Below are positions 13,240 to 25,882 of a DNA stretch of 64,000 nucleotides, piece after piece. The position numbers and the translations under genes were made by a program. How positions within the stretch are numbered: position 1 is the first letter of the stretch; every line of letters starts with the position of its first letter. The stretch is from Octopus sinensis. Its lineage: Eukaryota. The stretch is taken from the NCBI RefSeq assembly GCF_006345805.1, contig NC_042999.1:32984001-33048000 (forward strand), written 5' to 3'. The notes beneath the pieces are model-generated. The model had not been told where the DNA came from. It did not search any database and worked only from the letters and a program-made list of their open reading frames with translations.

Positions 13240-14290
13240 ATCCGTGACCGGTAAATTCTCCTACGGTAAATTTCTCGATAGAAAAATTCACTGCCGTATA
13301 TTACATTGAGGTAAATTCAACTACAGTAAATGGTCTATAGACAACTAATTACACACGCCCTTTTTAGACACTTATCAACTAATTAGTCGTTAGTTAAAAT
13401 CTAGTTTTATGACATTGTTACTTATATTTTTTACTGAATTTCACTGTACTGCTATTTTTTCTCTATTCAGCTTACATTTGAACTTTGAAACCTTCAACCA
13501 TGGCAACATTTATAACATCAGAGAAGAACAAACGTAAGCTTTGCGACGAAGAGAAGCATATATACGAAAACAATGGCGTTAACAGTAGCAAAACAAAACT
13601 ATATTGGCATTGTGAACGTTTTTACAAAGGTCGCCGGGCTAGAATACGTACGATCTTCAACTCCAGTATACCAGAAGTTATTTTTTCAACGGGCTACCAT
13701 AATCACTCAGCAAGCGCACATGTCAATGCCCGAAAGACAGTTAATTCAATAAAATGTGAATTAATGAGAACGGGCACAGTATCTTCACTGGAGATAATAG
13801 CTACTGCTGAACAAAATCTCGATGAGGAAGCACGATCATTGATGCAAACTATTCCTAAACTTTCACGTAACATACGTAACTGGAGGCAGCATGCTTAAAG
13901 AAACCCAGCGCTTCCAGCTTGTTCAGGGTTTGACATTCCTGATGCAGTTAAGTGCTTACAAAATGGGTATTTGTTTTTGGTGTTTGACAGTGGCATTGAT
14001 GACTGAGACAAAATTATTTTTTTTCCCCAGAAAAGGGCTTGGATGATCTAGAAAGCTCTGAAAATTGAACCGGTAATGGGACTTTTCACGTGCATCCTAG
14101 TTTGTAATGTCAGCTTTTCAGGCTACATATCATCCATCGAGGGTCATGTGTGCCAAGATTATTTGCCTTACTCCTTGATAAAGAACGAGTCGCATAACAT
14201 CATATTCTGTCTGCTGAATGAAGAAATTATTACTTCGTTTTCTGAAAAATACACACGTTTTCGAGTTACTACACTTTTGCATAACAGCAA
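13240..14290 (+). mobile_element. Mutator-like (MULE) transposon, 5' part: FLYWCH-like zinc finger and start of the DDE domain, decayed
   Basis: ORF 13485-13898 with LYWHCERF...HNH. Downstream frame [14 protein letters not shown]...PRLFALL resembles the MULE DGTF motif region. Repeated ggtaaat motifs at the left end. Truncated at (TA)n. Confidence 0.8.
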
Positions 14291-14435
<145 letters not shown>

Positions 14436-14496
14436 ATGTGTGTGTGTGTGTATGTGTATGTATGTATATATATGTATGCATATATATATATTATAT

Positions 14497-14527
<31 letters not shown>

Positions 14528-14966
14528 TATATATAATATATATATACAGAGAGAGAGAGAGAGAGAGAGAGAGTAATCCATTAATAAAAAGTACGTGCAT
14601 AAGCAGCATTCACAGAAATCATGAATTGCCTTGATCAAATGAAACCTCTGAAATATGTAAATTGGCAAAATGTTTGTTAAGTTGATTATTTGCCATTTAA
14701 AATAACAGTCATAACATGAATGCCTCTATTTTAAGCCTTCTAATTTCTCTGATTTCTCTGTTGTAATTTCGAAATGAATTTACGTTGCGACACTTGAATA
14801 TACGGAAAAATGCTCTCCAACGGTAGCAACTAATTCGCGAAAATTGTTAGCTAATCAAACGGATCAAAATCAGGGAGAGTTCTTTATTTCAGTCTTTCGG
14901 ATGGTATTTTCTTGATGCCTTGTCAGAAAAAGAGGCAAAACAATTCTCTTCAACCTATTTCAATCT

Positions 14967-15047
14967 AAAGAAAAATATGCAACTCCAAGTAGGATTTTAT
15001 ACTTTTGAAAGTATAAAATCCTACTTGGAGTTTGCATATTTTTCTTT
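14967..15047. repeat. Near-perfect palindrome of about 80 bp
   Basis: Arms aagaaaaatatgcaactccaagtaggattttatacttt and its reverse complement with one extra T; 2 nt loop. Confidence 0.95.
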
Positions 15048-16589
15048 TCTAGTCTCTTCGAGGTATGTCTCATCAAGTTCCATTCGGACTTGCTGACAAA
15101 TGCTACCTATCTTAGCATCAAAGGACTTGCTTGGTAGCAGTTGTTTGAAATGGAACTGAATGTTTGGAATGAATGTAGAATATCTCATAATTACATAAAG
15201 TAGTACCGCATGTTCTCGTGTATATCCCTGGAAGTAAATAATAATATCGTCAATTTGTGTTTGGCCAGAGTGCTCAGGTAATCTTTTCAGACAATTCCTA
15301 TTATTCTAAACGTCTCTAAATGTCTCATCACCGTAATTTTGGGAAACGTGACACAATTGCATTTATCTTTATCGAGATCTTATGCCCAGGCTATTTGTTC
15401 ATGGGTAACTGTAAATATTCAATGACAAAACAAGCTAAATATTCATTAAGAATTAGCACGATACTTTTGTACAATAGTATTACGTGCTAATAAAATAAAC
15501 GTTCTGATCATATGAAATATTTCTGCTACCATCCAGATTCGCAAGTTATTCAGTGAAAATAGAGCATTACACCAAAAGATTACAACTGGAATCACTATGA
15601 ATAGCATCAAAACGGATACAGAAATAGCCACATCACTTGTGTCACCGCTCCAAGTTAGTTATAGGAGTACCACATTTTAAGTTTAAAAATCAGGTCCTCA
15701 ATTTCGTAAATACTCAGTTCTCTCAAAACAGCGTAGCACATACCTAATTATCCCCGGTATAAATTAGTGCCAATCGCCATGCTCCGTCTTAATTAAGATG
15801 TACTTTGCGAAGGAAGTATATCAAGGCTGGTTAATTCTTCAAAGCATAATATCACACTGCAATATAACATTGCCAAATGCAATTAAAATATATTCTTCTT
15901 AAGAGTCCGACAGATGAAACGTTTATAACGGATGTGAGGTTTTTGTTTAATCGACTCTTAACCACCCACATTTTGCTCTAAATTCCTTCCAAAGGGCCTT
16001 ATATATATACATTTTACTTGAAAGTGCAATTCTCTCATACACATCAACGTCTAAGAAGCGCACATGCCCTGAAACTACAAAAATCTTTAACATGGTAAAC
16101 ACTTAAGATGTTGCTTACCAAAAGACCTATCGCTGTAAAATATTTCTCAATATTTTCAGATATACTATTTCAGTGAAACATATTTGAATTGCAATATAAG
16201 CATTCGAGTAATATTTGTTTATGTTGAAAATAATTCTTTCTGAATGTCGTATATACGCAAGAAAATCTGCATTTCTCGGACACTGTCGATTATCCTACTC
16301 TTTCGTTTCACTATCTCTAACATTCACCCCTCTCCGTCTCAATATGCAAAGTTCATTTGCAGACGTTTTCAGACTTATTTAGGTGATGTAATTATAATTG
16401 TCTTAGATTATTGTATATAATGAATATACATGTAATAAGCAGATTTGTGAACTTTATTATTTTTTTTCATAGAGAATGAGTCGGCTGTAACAGTGCTTTG
16501 AACACAACCTATTAAGCGCTGAGGGCCAGAACTAACTAGTCTGCAGAAAAAGTGGAAGCAAGATATGTGATAAAATGTCGTCCAAAACT

Positions 16590-17560
16590 GGGGCACCGCG
16601 CTACAAAAAGTTTTGAAACACTCAGGGGCGTTTGTGGATTTACTTGAGTCCAGCATGTTTTGCGATGACATGAATGTTTTAAAGAGGGTAGAGAGGAGTT
16701 GCATCATATCACATGTTTGAAGGAGAGTGTTATCAGAACATCAGAGTGGGTTCAGAACGCTCGCAATTTGCTGCATGAAGACTATCGCATGTGTTCATCT
16801 AAACACAATATGCGTACAGGTTGGAGTTGATGTAGCAGTTGTACACATAATTATTCACGAATGTCTGAGCACGAAACAAAATTGTGCAAAGTGTGTTATC
16901 AGAGTGCTCATGGACGAAGAGGAGAAGTCATCGAGCCGGCAGTGACATTACTGACCACATGACCTCCATTCCAATAGTACTTGAATTTTTGATGACATGT
17001 GAAGGAAGTCGGTTCTATTGTTATATTCGAAAACCCAAAGAGTGAGAGGGAGAGAGAAAGAGTACCCAATCGAAGCCAGAGAAAACAAGTCCATCTGGAA
17101 GTACATGATAGGTACCTTTTTCGAAATACAGGGCATTATTTATATTCACTGGCTGAGATCTGTCTGGACAGATGGTCACCTGAGTAGTTTGTGGTGGTTT
17201 TAATGGACTTCAGAAAGAAATGTCATTGCAAAAGAACTCTTCTCTTCTAGTGGTTGGCAATTGCACCAGGAAGATGCAGCACACATTCCCATCCTAGTTA
17301 CCAAGTTTTTGATAGTGATTAACATCAAAACAGTAACTCAGCTTCCCTACAGTATTAGTCTTTTGGTCGTTCTACAAGCTGAAAGAAAATCTCAGGGACA
17401 GTCAATTTGAAGTCATTCAGAGAATAAAGAAGGTTGTAACAAGGGTACTGGTTACATCGATTATGCAGGACTTCAATGGGATTTGATGACGTGGCTATAT
17501 CGCCAGAAGTGTATTGAAGTGAAAGGCTATTACATATTTGTTTTTGCAAATATTTGAAGA
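16590..17560 (+). mobile_element. Decayed mariner transposase
   Basis: Frameshifted remnants: LMTCEGSRFYCY (TxDExW-like), KARENKS..KYMIGTFFEIQGIIYIHW, and a terminal QKCIEVKG.Y. Confidence 0.65.
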
Positions 17561-17650
17561 TTCTGGAGCTCGTATATATGTGCGCATTTATGTACTTGTG
17601 TGTGTGCGCATATATCTCAGTGTGTCTGTGTGTGTCTGTATATATATATA

Positions 17651-17767
<117 letters not shown>

Positions 17768-17787
17768 GAGATAGATTTAGATATATG

Positions 17788-17819
<32 letters not shown>

Positions 17820-17926
17820 ATATGTGTGTGTATACATATATATATGCGTGTATGCTTGTTCACTTATACATATTCACATATGGATATGTGTGTGTGTAAA
17901 TGTACACACATACACACACACAGAAA

Positions 17927-17966
<40 letters not shown>

Positions 17967-18161
17967 TATAGATGAGTGTATTTTTACCTTGTTAACAATT
18001 AACACGGAAAAAAAATAAATAGTTACCAGGGCAGCAAAAATCTCACAAGTAAATGTGTAGTAACTCCTTGTTTATAAAGATAGAAACTTCGTGTTTACGT
18101 TGAATATTTTGAATAATATGAATAGAAAATGGACTTAACGCAGGTGTAAACAAGTATTTTT

Positions 18162-18247
18162 ACTTTCGACACATGTTTCGAAAATTCCACTAATACTATT
18201 CAAAAGAATTAATGGTATAAACAATGCAATCTTCTCTTCAGGAAAGT
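18162..18247 (-). ncRNA. Type I hammerhead ribozyme candidate with intact core
   Basis: ACUUUC-CUGAAGA-GAAGAUU...AAUUUUC-GAAAC-AUGU-GUC-GAAAGU: 6 bp stem I, 7 bp stem II with a long loop, GUC cleavage triplet. Confidence 0.6.
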
Positions 18248-19560
18248 CAAAACAACGAAACTCGTCAATACGACATTTTAGCAAAAAATGATGGATTTGT
18301 ATAGCGATAGACAGAACGCTATTAATATTGTTTAAAAAAACCTTATATGATATAACGTCATAAGTAGCTAACAGAAATATTAGGGATATTAATAGTGAAT
18401 GTTAAATATAAAGGAAATTAAAGTTTAAATTATATATAATGATAGAGACTACTTATATGCACTAAATGTATGTTTTTGCCAATGCTTACATATATATGCT
18501 CGCTCTATAACCGTGTTTACTAGAGTATTTTTTAGAAAAAATAATGAAAAATAGCTCAGAATTGCAGAGAAGACAGAATTTCTTGCCTTTGTCATATGGT
18601 ATCGAAATTGAGAGAATCAACCATTCTAAATGAAATTATTCATTGTGGTCTTTTAAATCCCAAATATTTGGTTAATAATTCCTTACGGAAGACAAATTAT
18701 ATCTAATCTCCCACTGCTGTTTCGTCAAGCTATTGCTAGGAATTTTCCAAACAATTCTAGATATTACTCTATAATTAATTCACATAATGTTAGGATAGGT
18801 TTCTCAAACACAAAAATCTCTTGCAAATTATATCTTCTCATAATAACAAGCTGTTAAATATTAATACATTCACTAATACTAACATTAATTTAGCTAATAC
18901 CATCCAACCCTCTAGAAATATTAATAACAAGGTTATTGTATCTGAAGTCAATTCCAATAGAATTAAATTTATGTCAAGTAACTCTAAGATTAAAAATTCT
19001 ATATACCAGTGTATAATCAGTACTCGTAATAAAGTACGATTTTACATTGGTAGCACATCGTTAGAGTTATCTAAAAGAATTTCTATCCATTACTCAACAT
19101 TTAGGGATAGAAATAAACGGAATAGTACCGGTCTCAGCAGACTGATTTGGGATTTAAAAGACCACAATGAACAATTTCATTTAGAATGGTTGATCCTCTC
19201 AATTTCGATACCATATGACAAAGGCAAGAAATTCTGTCTTCTCTGCAATTCTGAGCTATTTTTCATTATTTTTTCTAAAAGTACTCTAGTAAACACGGTT
19301 ATAGAGCGAGCATACAGATGTAAGCATTGGCAAAAACATACATTTAGTGCATATAAGTAGTCTCTATCATTATATATAATTTAAACTTTAATTTCCTTTA
19401 TATTTAACATTCACTATTAATATCCCTACTCTTTCTGTTAGCTACTTATGACGTTATATCATATAAGGTTTTTTTAAACGGTTTTAATAGCGTTCTGTCT
19501 ATCGCTATACAAATCCATCATTTTTTGCTAAAATGTCGTATTGACGAGTTTCGTTTTTTC

Positions 19561-19646
19561 ACTTTCCCGAAGAGAAGATTGCATTGTTTATACCATTTAT
19601 TCTTTTGAATAGTATTAGTGGAATTTTCGAAACATGTGTCGAAAGT
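19561..19646 (+). ncRNA. Hammerhead ribozyme copy with U4C core change
   Basis: Same motif as 18162-18247, but the core reads CCGAAGA. Confidence 0.5.
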
Positions 19647-19690
19647 AAAAACACTTGTTTACACCTGCGTTAACTCCATTTTTTATTCAG

Positions 19691-19764
<74 letters not shown>

Positions 19765-19767
19765 TAG

Positions 19768-19851
<84 letters not shown>

Positions 19852-20041
19852 CATAGCACTTATCTAGCATACCTATTTGTTTAGATCACAAACTAAAACC
19901 CTAATGTTCTATATATAGTTTATATATATATATGTATATATATACATAGCACTTATCTAGCATACCTATTTGTTTAGATCACACACTAAAACCCTAATGT
20001 TCTATATATATGTTTATATATATATATATATTATATATATA

Positions 20042-20116
<75 letters not shown>

Positions 20117-20782
20117 TATATACATATAATATATATATATATATTTAATCAGTTTATTGTTAGTCATCATTCACTGCATGTTGTTTTCCAAAATTAATCT
20201 TATCAGTTTCATTTCGATATTTATTCCATGCTGGCATGGAAGAACTGTAGTTCATATTGTACTACCTTCTATAAGTATAATGAAACTTGTGTATTTTAAC
20301 ATTTCAGAATAAACATATCTCTAGAAAAAATGTGTGGTGACTGAAGATAGAAATATTTTGTAAGAAAAGTTTGTAACAAAATCTGACCATTACGGATCTG
20401 TCACTATTAGTTGATAGGAGAGGGCTTGTTTTTGCTTTTATTTTTAATAGTAGATAACTTCATCAAGTAGTTGTGGGTGAGACTAATATTAATGTTATGT
20501 ATATATATATATATAAAAGCAACATTTTAAGTCGTGACACTTTAAACAAACTCTGTGAGTTAACAGACATTTGATAATTTTACTTGAATTTCCAGCAAAG
20601 CTGAAAGATTATCAGTAGCGCTAAAATTTCTTGTAGTACTGAATGTTTAGGTGAATTTTTGAGAACTGTCTTATACACTAATGTAATTTTTCCTAAATAG
20701 AACAAAGCCACACAAGAATATGTCTCATTCTCTATGATCTATCTCTCTATCTCTCTCTCTCTCTCCGTCTATCTCACGATAA

Positions 20783-22480
20783 CCCAGCTGTTTTAACACC
20801 CAGCATTATTGGGAAATCTCCCAAAATACTATATTCCGCCAATCTCCGCCTATCTCTGCCTATCTCACTCTATCTCACTCTCTCCTAGGTGTTTTAACAC
20901 ACAGCATTATTGGGAAATCGCCCAAATGCTATTCCGCCAATCTCCACCAATCTCCGCCTATCTCCGCCAGTCTCCCCCTATCTCCGCCAATCTCCACTTT
21001 TCTCCACCGATCTCCGCCTATCTCCGTCTATCTCCGCCAATCTCGGACAATCTCCGCCTATCCCACTCTCTACCACACTCCCAGGTTTATTGGGAAATCT
21101 CCCAAAATGCTACTCCGCCAATCTCCGCGTATCTCAGACAATCTCCGGCAATCTCCGCCTATCTCACAGGTTTTTTTACCACCCAGCATTATTGGGAAAT
21201 CTCCCAAAATGCTATTCCGTCAATTCCCGCCTATCTCCGCCAATCTCCGCCTATCTCCGCCGATATCCGCCTATCTCCGCCAATCTCCGCCAATCTCTGC
21301 CTATCTGCGCCGATCTCCGCCGATCTCCGCCTATCTCGGCCAATCTCTGCCTGTCTCCGCCTATCTCGGCCAATCTCCGCCAATATCCGCTTATCTCGGC
21401 CAGTCTCGGCCAATCTCCGCCTATCTCACTCTCTCCCTCCCAGGTGTTTTACCACCCAGCATTATTGGGAAATCTCCCAAAATATTATTCCGCCTATCTC
21501 CGCCTATCTCGGCCAATCTCGGCCAATCTCCGCTTATCTCGGCCAATCTCCGCCTATCTCATTCTCTCACTCTCTCCCAGGTGTTTTAACACCCAGCATT
21601 ATTGGGAAATCTCCCAAAATGCTATTCCGCTAATCCCCGCCAATCTCCGCCTATGTCCGCCTATCTCCGTCAATCTCCGCCAATCTACGCCTATCTACGC
21701 CAATCTCCGCCTTCTCCGAATATCTCCGCCATCACCACATATCTCCGCTAATATCCGCTTATCTCACTCTCTCTCTCACTCTCCCAGGTGTTTTAACACC
21801 CAGCATAATTGGGAAATCTCCCAAAATGCTATCTCCGCCTATCTCCGCCAATCTCCGATTATCTCAATCTCTCCATCTCTCCCAGGTGTTTTAACACCCA
21901 GCATAATTGGGAAATCTCCCAAAATGCTATCTCCGCCTATCTCCGCCAATCTCCGATTATATCAATCTCTCCATCTCTCGCAGGTGTTTTAACACCCAGC
22001 ATTATTTGGAAATCTCCCTCAATGCTATTTCGCCAATCTCGGCCAATCTCTGCCAATCTCCGCCTATATCCGTCGATATCCGCCAATCCCCGCCTATCTC
22101 CGAGTATCTCACTCTCTCTCTCTCTCCCAGGTGTTTTACCACCCAGCATTATTGGGAAATCTCCCAAAATGCTATTCCGCCTATCTCCCTCAATCTCCAC
22201 TAATCTCCGTCTATCTACGCCAATCTCCGACATCTCCACATATCTCCGCCAATCTCCGCCTATCTCACTCTCTCCAACTTACCCAGGTGTTTTAACACCC
22301 AGCATAATTGGGAAATCTCCAAAAATTCTATCTCCTCTTATCTCCACCAATCTCCTCCAATATCAATCTATCTCACTCTCTCGCAGGTGTATTAACACCC
22401 AGCATTATTGAGAAATCTCCCAAAATGCTATTCCGCCAATCTCCGCCTATCTCCGCAAATATCGGCCAATCTCCGGAGAT
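20783..22480 (+). repeat. Composite tandem array: 12 copies of a ~55 bp hairpin head separated by variable (W)ATCTCCGCC 10-mer runs
   Basis: Head CAGGTGTTTTAACACCCAGCATTATTGGGAAATCTCCCAAAATGCTATTCCGCC at 20785, 20886, 21082, 21167, 21441, 21578, 21785, 21883, 21981, 22128, 22284 and 22384. Confidence 0.95.
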
Positions 22481-22533
22481 ATGAAATGTTACGTGGATGA
22501 CCTTATATTTGCTTATTCTGCAACCATAGTTTA

Positions 22534-22599
<66 letters not shown>

Positions 22600-22601
<2 letters not shown>

Positions 22602-22787
22602 GGAAAGTTAACGAAAATAAACAAAAGACGAAGGCAGGTGGAGTACAAACAAACAAATGTATTAGTATAGCGCTCTTGAATAGAAAAATCTTTCACGTTT
22701 CGAGCCCACGCTCTTCGACAGAAAGATACAAAGAAAAAAAAAGGAGAGAAAAAAATGCGTGTAGGAGCTAACGATGTATCATGGCGT
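22600..22787 (-). mobile_element. Short non-autonomous ~190 bp repeat unit with a hammerhead-like motif
   Basis: Homologous to the units at 31563-32160. Minus strand reads UCUUU-CUGUCGA-A-GAGC-GUGG-GCUC-GAAAC-GUG-AAAGA. Flanked by (TA)n on both sides. Confidence 0.75.
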
Positions 22788-22789
22788 CT

Positions 22790-22844
<55 letters not shown>

Positions 22845-22846
<2 letters not shown>

Positions 22847-23005
22847 CGTAGGAGTGGCTGTGTGGTAGGTAGCTTGCTAACCAACCACATGGTTCCGGGT
22901 TCAGTCTCACTGCGTGAATTCTTGGGCAAGTGTCTTCTGCTATAGCCCCGGGCTGACCAAAGCCTTGTGAGTGGATTTGGTAGACGGAAACTGAAAGAAG
23001 CCTGT
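22845..23005 (+). mobile_element. tRNA-derived SINE
   Basis: A box TGGCTGTGTGG, B box GGTTCAGTCT, body ...gggcaagtgtcttctgctatagcc...gtagacggaaactgaaagaagcc; related copies at 27450 and 34355. Confidence 0.85.
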
Positions 23006-23173
23006 CATATATATGTATATATATATTTATGTGTGTATGTGTTTGTGCGTACGTGCATGTGCATGCGATCACGTTTGCTTTGCGGGGTTGCTTCTGAATG
23101 TGATCTCTGTGTGTGACTGTGAGTGTGTGTGTGAAAGAGAAAGAGAGAGCGAGAGAGAGGGATAGAAAGAAAT

Positions 23174-23207
<34 letters not shown>

Positions 23208-24051
23208 ATTATTTCTCAGCGAAATTGTTTGAACCCATCTGCTTCTAATGGCAGTAAATACTGATTAGTAAAGGAAATACTGAATTAGGGATTCATTCAC
23301 TGACAAGTAGAATATCTTCAGTACGGTTGTGATGTAAAATACAATGTAGCTCTCATTTCCAAATATTTCAGGAAATGAACTGCAATATCTTCTCGTTTGT
23401 ACACAGTATGACTATATATATTTTTGAAATACGACTTTTAAATTTGTATGAAATAAGATGTTGAGTCATCAGATATTTTTGCCTATTCATTTATGCAATT
23501 TCTGAAAATAGTACTCTAGCTAGCTCTGTATTTATCTCTGACAAGTTAATTTGCCTGTAACTTGGAAGCATGTGGAATGACATATTAGAATGGTTTAACT
23601 TGCGATTAAATTCTGAGATTAAATTTTCCATACTCTGTTATTTTAAGATCCATTATAACGATTAGGCAAGATACACTCAGGAGATCGAATAAGAGTGAAA
23701 TATATTTAGATATTTTATACTACTTGCTGTCACATTCGTTTCCTGCTGCTAACGCTATTCTCGTGTTTTCTTCTAATGATAGTGGGGAATTGGATGGAAA
23801 AACTTAATGGCAGAGGAAATCTAACACGTAGCTTATGATGATTGGCTTTTTCCCCTTATAAATTTGTGTGGATAAATAAAGATGTATTCCGAAACATGCA
23901 TTTTTCTCGCTCTGCAAACGATGATTTAGAAAATTCAACAAATATATTGTAACTTTAAAGTTAGTACATGTATATAACGATAGATAGATAGATAGATAGA
24001 CATATATATATATATATATTATATATATATATATATTATATATATATATAT

Positions 24052-24084
<33 letters not shown>

Positions 24085-25714
24085 AGAAATTTAAAAAGGA
24101 AAATACGCACACTTACATGGTTTTAATATAAATTTTAATATATCGACCGGTTTCGCTATCACTATTCATGATATTATGTTTAATTTACTTTAATATATAT
24201 TTTTTCTTAAGAAAAAATTTGGTCCATGTTGTGAGTGATGAAATTCACGATATATATAATATATATTATATATATATATATAATATATATATAATATATA
24301 TATATATACATATATAATTCCTTTTTGTTTTTACTTTGCAATCATGCCTGGGGGTGAGCAGAGAAACACTGGACACTAAACAGTTTGCACGCGACAAAGA
24401 AAGAGCTTTCACGGACAAACAATCGATTAGTTAGCTATTTAGATGATTAACCAATTGGCTAATACTAAAGGAGAAAAATTCAATTTGCGGGTCATATCAT
24501 TATTGGGTAATGCCTCTCCCGAGACGCAACAAGTGTGTGCCTGTGTTTACGCGCGCATGTGTGTTTGTGTGTGTAATATTTAAGCCAAATAAAATGTTTC
24601 GTAAGTGTGCGTAACATAGGAAATGGACGCATTACATATACCTGTGTCAGTTAAATGATTTCCAAATATGAAGGGATACAAATATTTCAAAATATACAGT
24701 TAGAGCAGCAAGTCGGTTACTGAGTTAGGGGGGGGGGTTTCTATACAGAAAAAAGAACACAAAGCATATACACCTACGTTCATGTGGAAGATTTATAATA
24801 ATTCAAAAATAGAAGAGGCATACGTATGTACATACTTACATACATACACGCATACATACATACATACATACATACAAAATCCTTACTATTCTAATTTTCT
24901 TGGAAATGATCTTTGCAAACGACTTTTAATGATAGACTGTGCATACATGTCAATTTTTGCAGAAGTAATTGTTAGCATTCTACTAGAAGTAAGACGAACG
25001 ATGGAGAATTTTAAAAAGTCACAGAGTTGATAGTTTAAATAAAGTATGAGTTGAGACGGAGAACGCAAACAAGATGAGAAGATGTATAGTTTAATTTTGA
25101 GCATATGCATGTTTATTTGTGTAGAGAAGTTTAATGCACAATAGTCTACATGGTTTATTATTTGGGAAAAAAATCTTTATTTTATATGTGAAATCGGCTG
25201 TGTTTTTTTATCAATAGTTGTAATTAGCGGTATAGGCTTAGAAGTGGGATTACAAAATTTATTTAATGTATTTTGGAAAATTATTAGTAAAATCTCTTTC
25301 ATTGTTATTTGGAGATAATTGAAGATTATCACATAATAATAACAGAGAAAATATATTAAGACTACTATAAACAAGCTTTTAAAAGATAAAATTCCAAAAC
25401 ATCCCGTATTTTATAATTATTCGTTTGGATTATGACTAAAACATGCCGTGAAGATGTCATTAAAAAATTACAAAGTAGCTGAGGCAATAATCAACACAGC
25501 TTACGCTAGCGATGATAAGGTTTGACAAAAACAGCCGTTGTTTTCTATTTAAATGAATTTAATTTCCGAGAGTAATTTTAAAATATATGATAAATGGTAG
25601 AAAATTAGTCGGTCTAATTACCTAGGGCAATTTAAGAGATCATTTTTATTTCTTGTGTGTTAGCGTCATATTAGTTTCAAATTGTGGCACATAAAGAGTA
25701 ATTTCGAAGGAGGA

Positions 25715-25882
25715 GGTAAGTTGATAACAATCCAACCCGTGTTTAACTAGAGCTTATTGTATTGAAAACGAAATGAAGGAAAATCATTGTCATCTTCAGG
25801 GGAATTTGAACTCAGAACGTAAAGATAAACAAAATGTCGCTAAGCATTTTGCTCTGCATGCTAACGGTCCTGCCAGTTCTCC
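25715..25882 (-). mobile_element. tRNA-derived SINE, decayed
   Basis: ggaatttgaactcagaacgtaaag...gctaagcatttt...gctaacg..ctgccag is the reverse of a SINE head with B box GAGTTCAAAT. Confidence 0.65.

Larger units (their letters stand above)
18119..19689 (+). mobile_element. Penelope-like element: GIY-YIG endonuclease 3' part with inverted pseudo-LTR
   Basis: ORF 18821-19360: NSIYQCII...FYIGST...CLLCNSE. Arms 18119-18665 and 19145-19689 are inverted copies. Confidence 0.9.

Noticed and set aside
15100-15420. Possible LTR-retrotransposon RT (minus-strand IDDIIIY)
   Set aside because: Only one motif-like word with no supporting flanking RT motifs.
19900-20000. Telomere or telo-box motif aaaccctaa
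   Set aside because: A single unit per copy within a local duplication; no telomeric array.
20783-22480. CRISPR array
   Set aside because: Spacers are repetitive 10-mers of very unequal length, there are no cas genes, and the context is eukaryotic.
24150-24180. Hammerhead remnant GAAAC-CG-GUC on the minus strand
   Set aside because: The CUGANGA core and stem II cannot be reconstructed.
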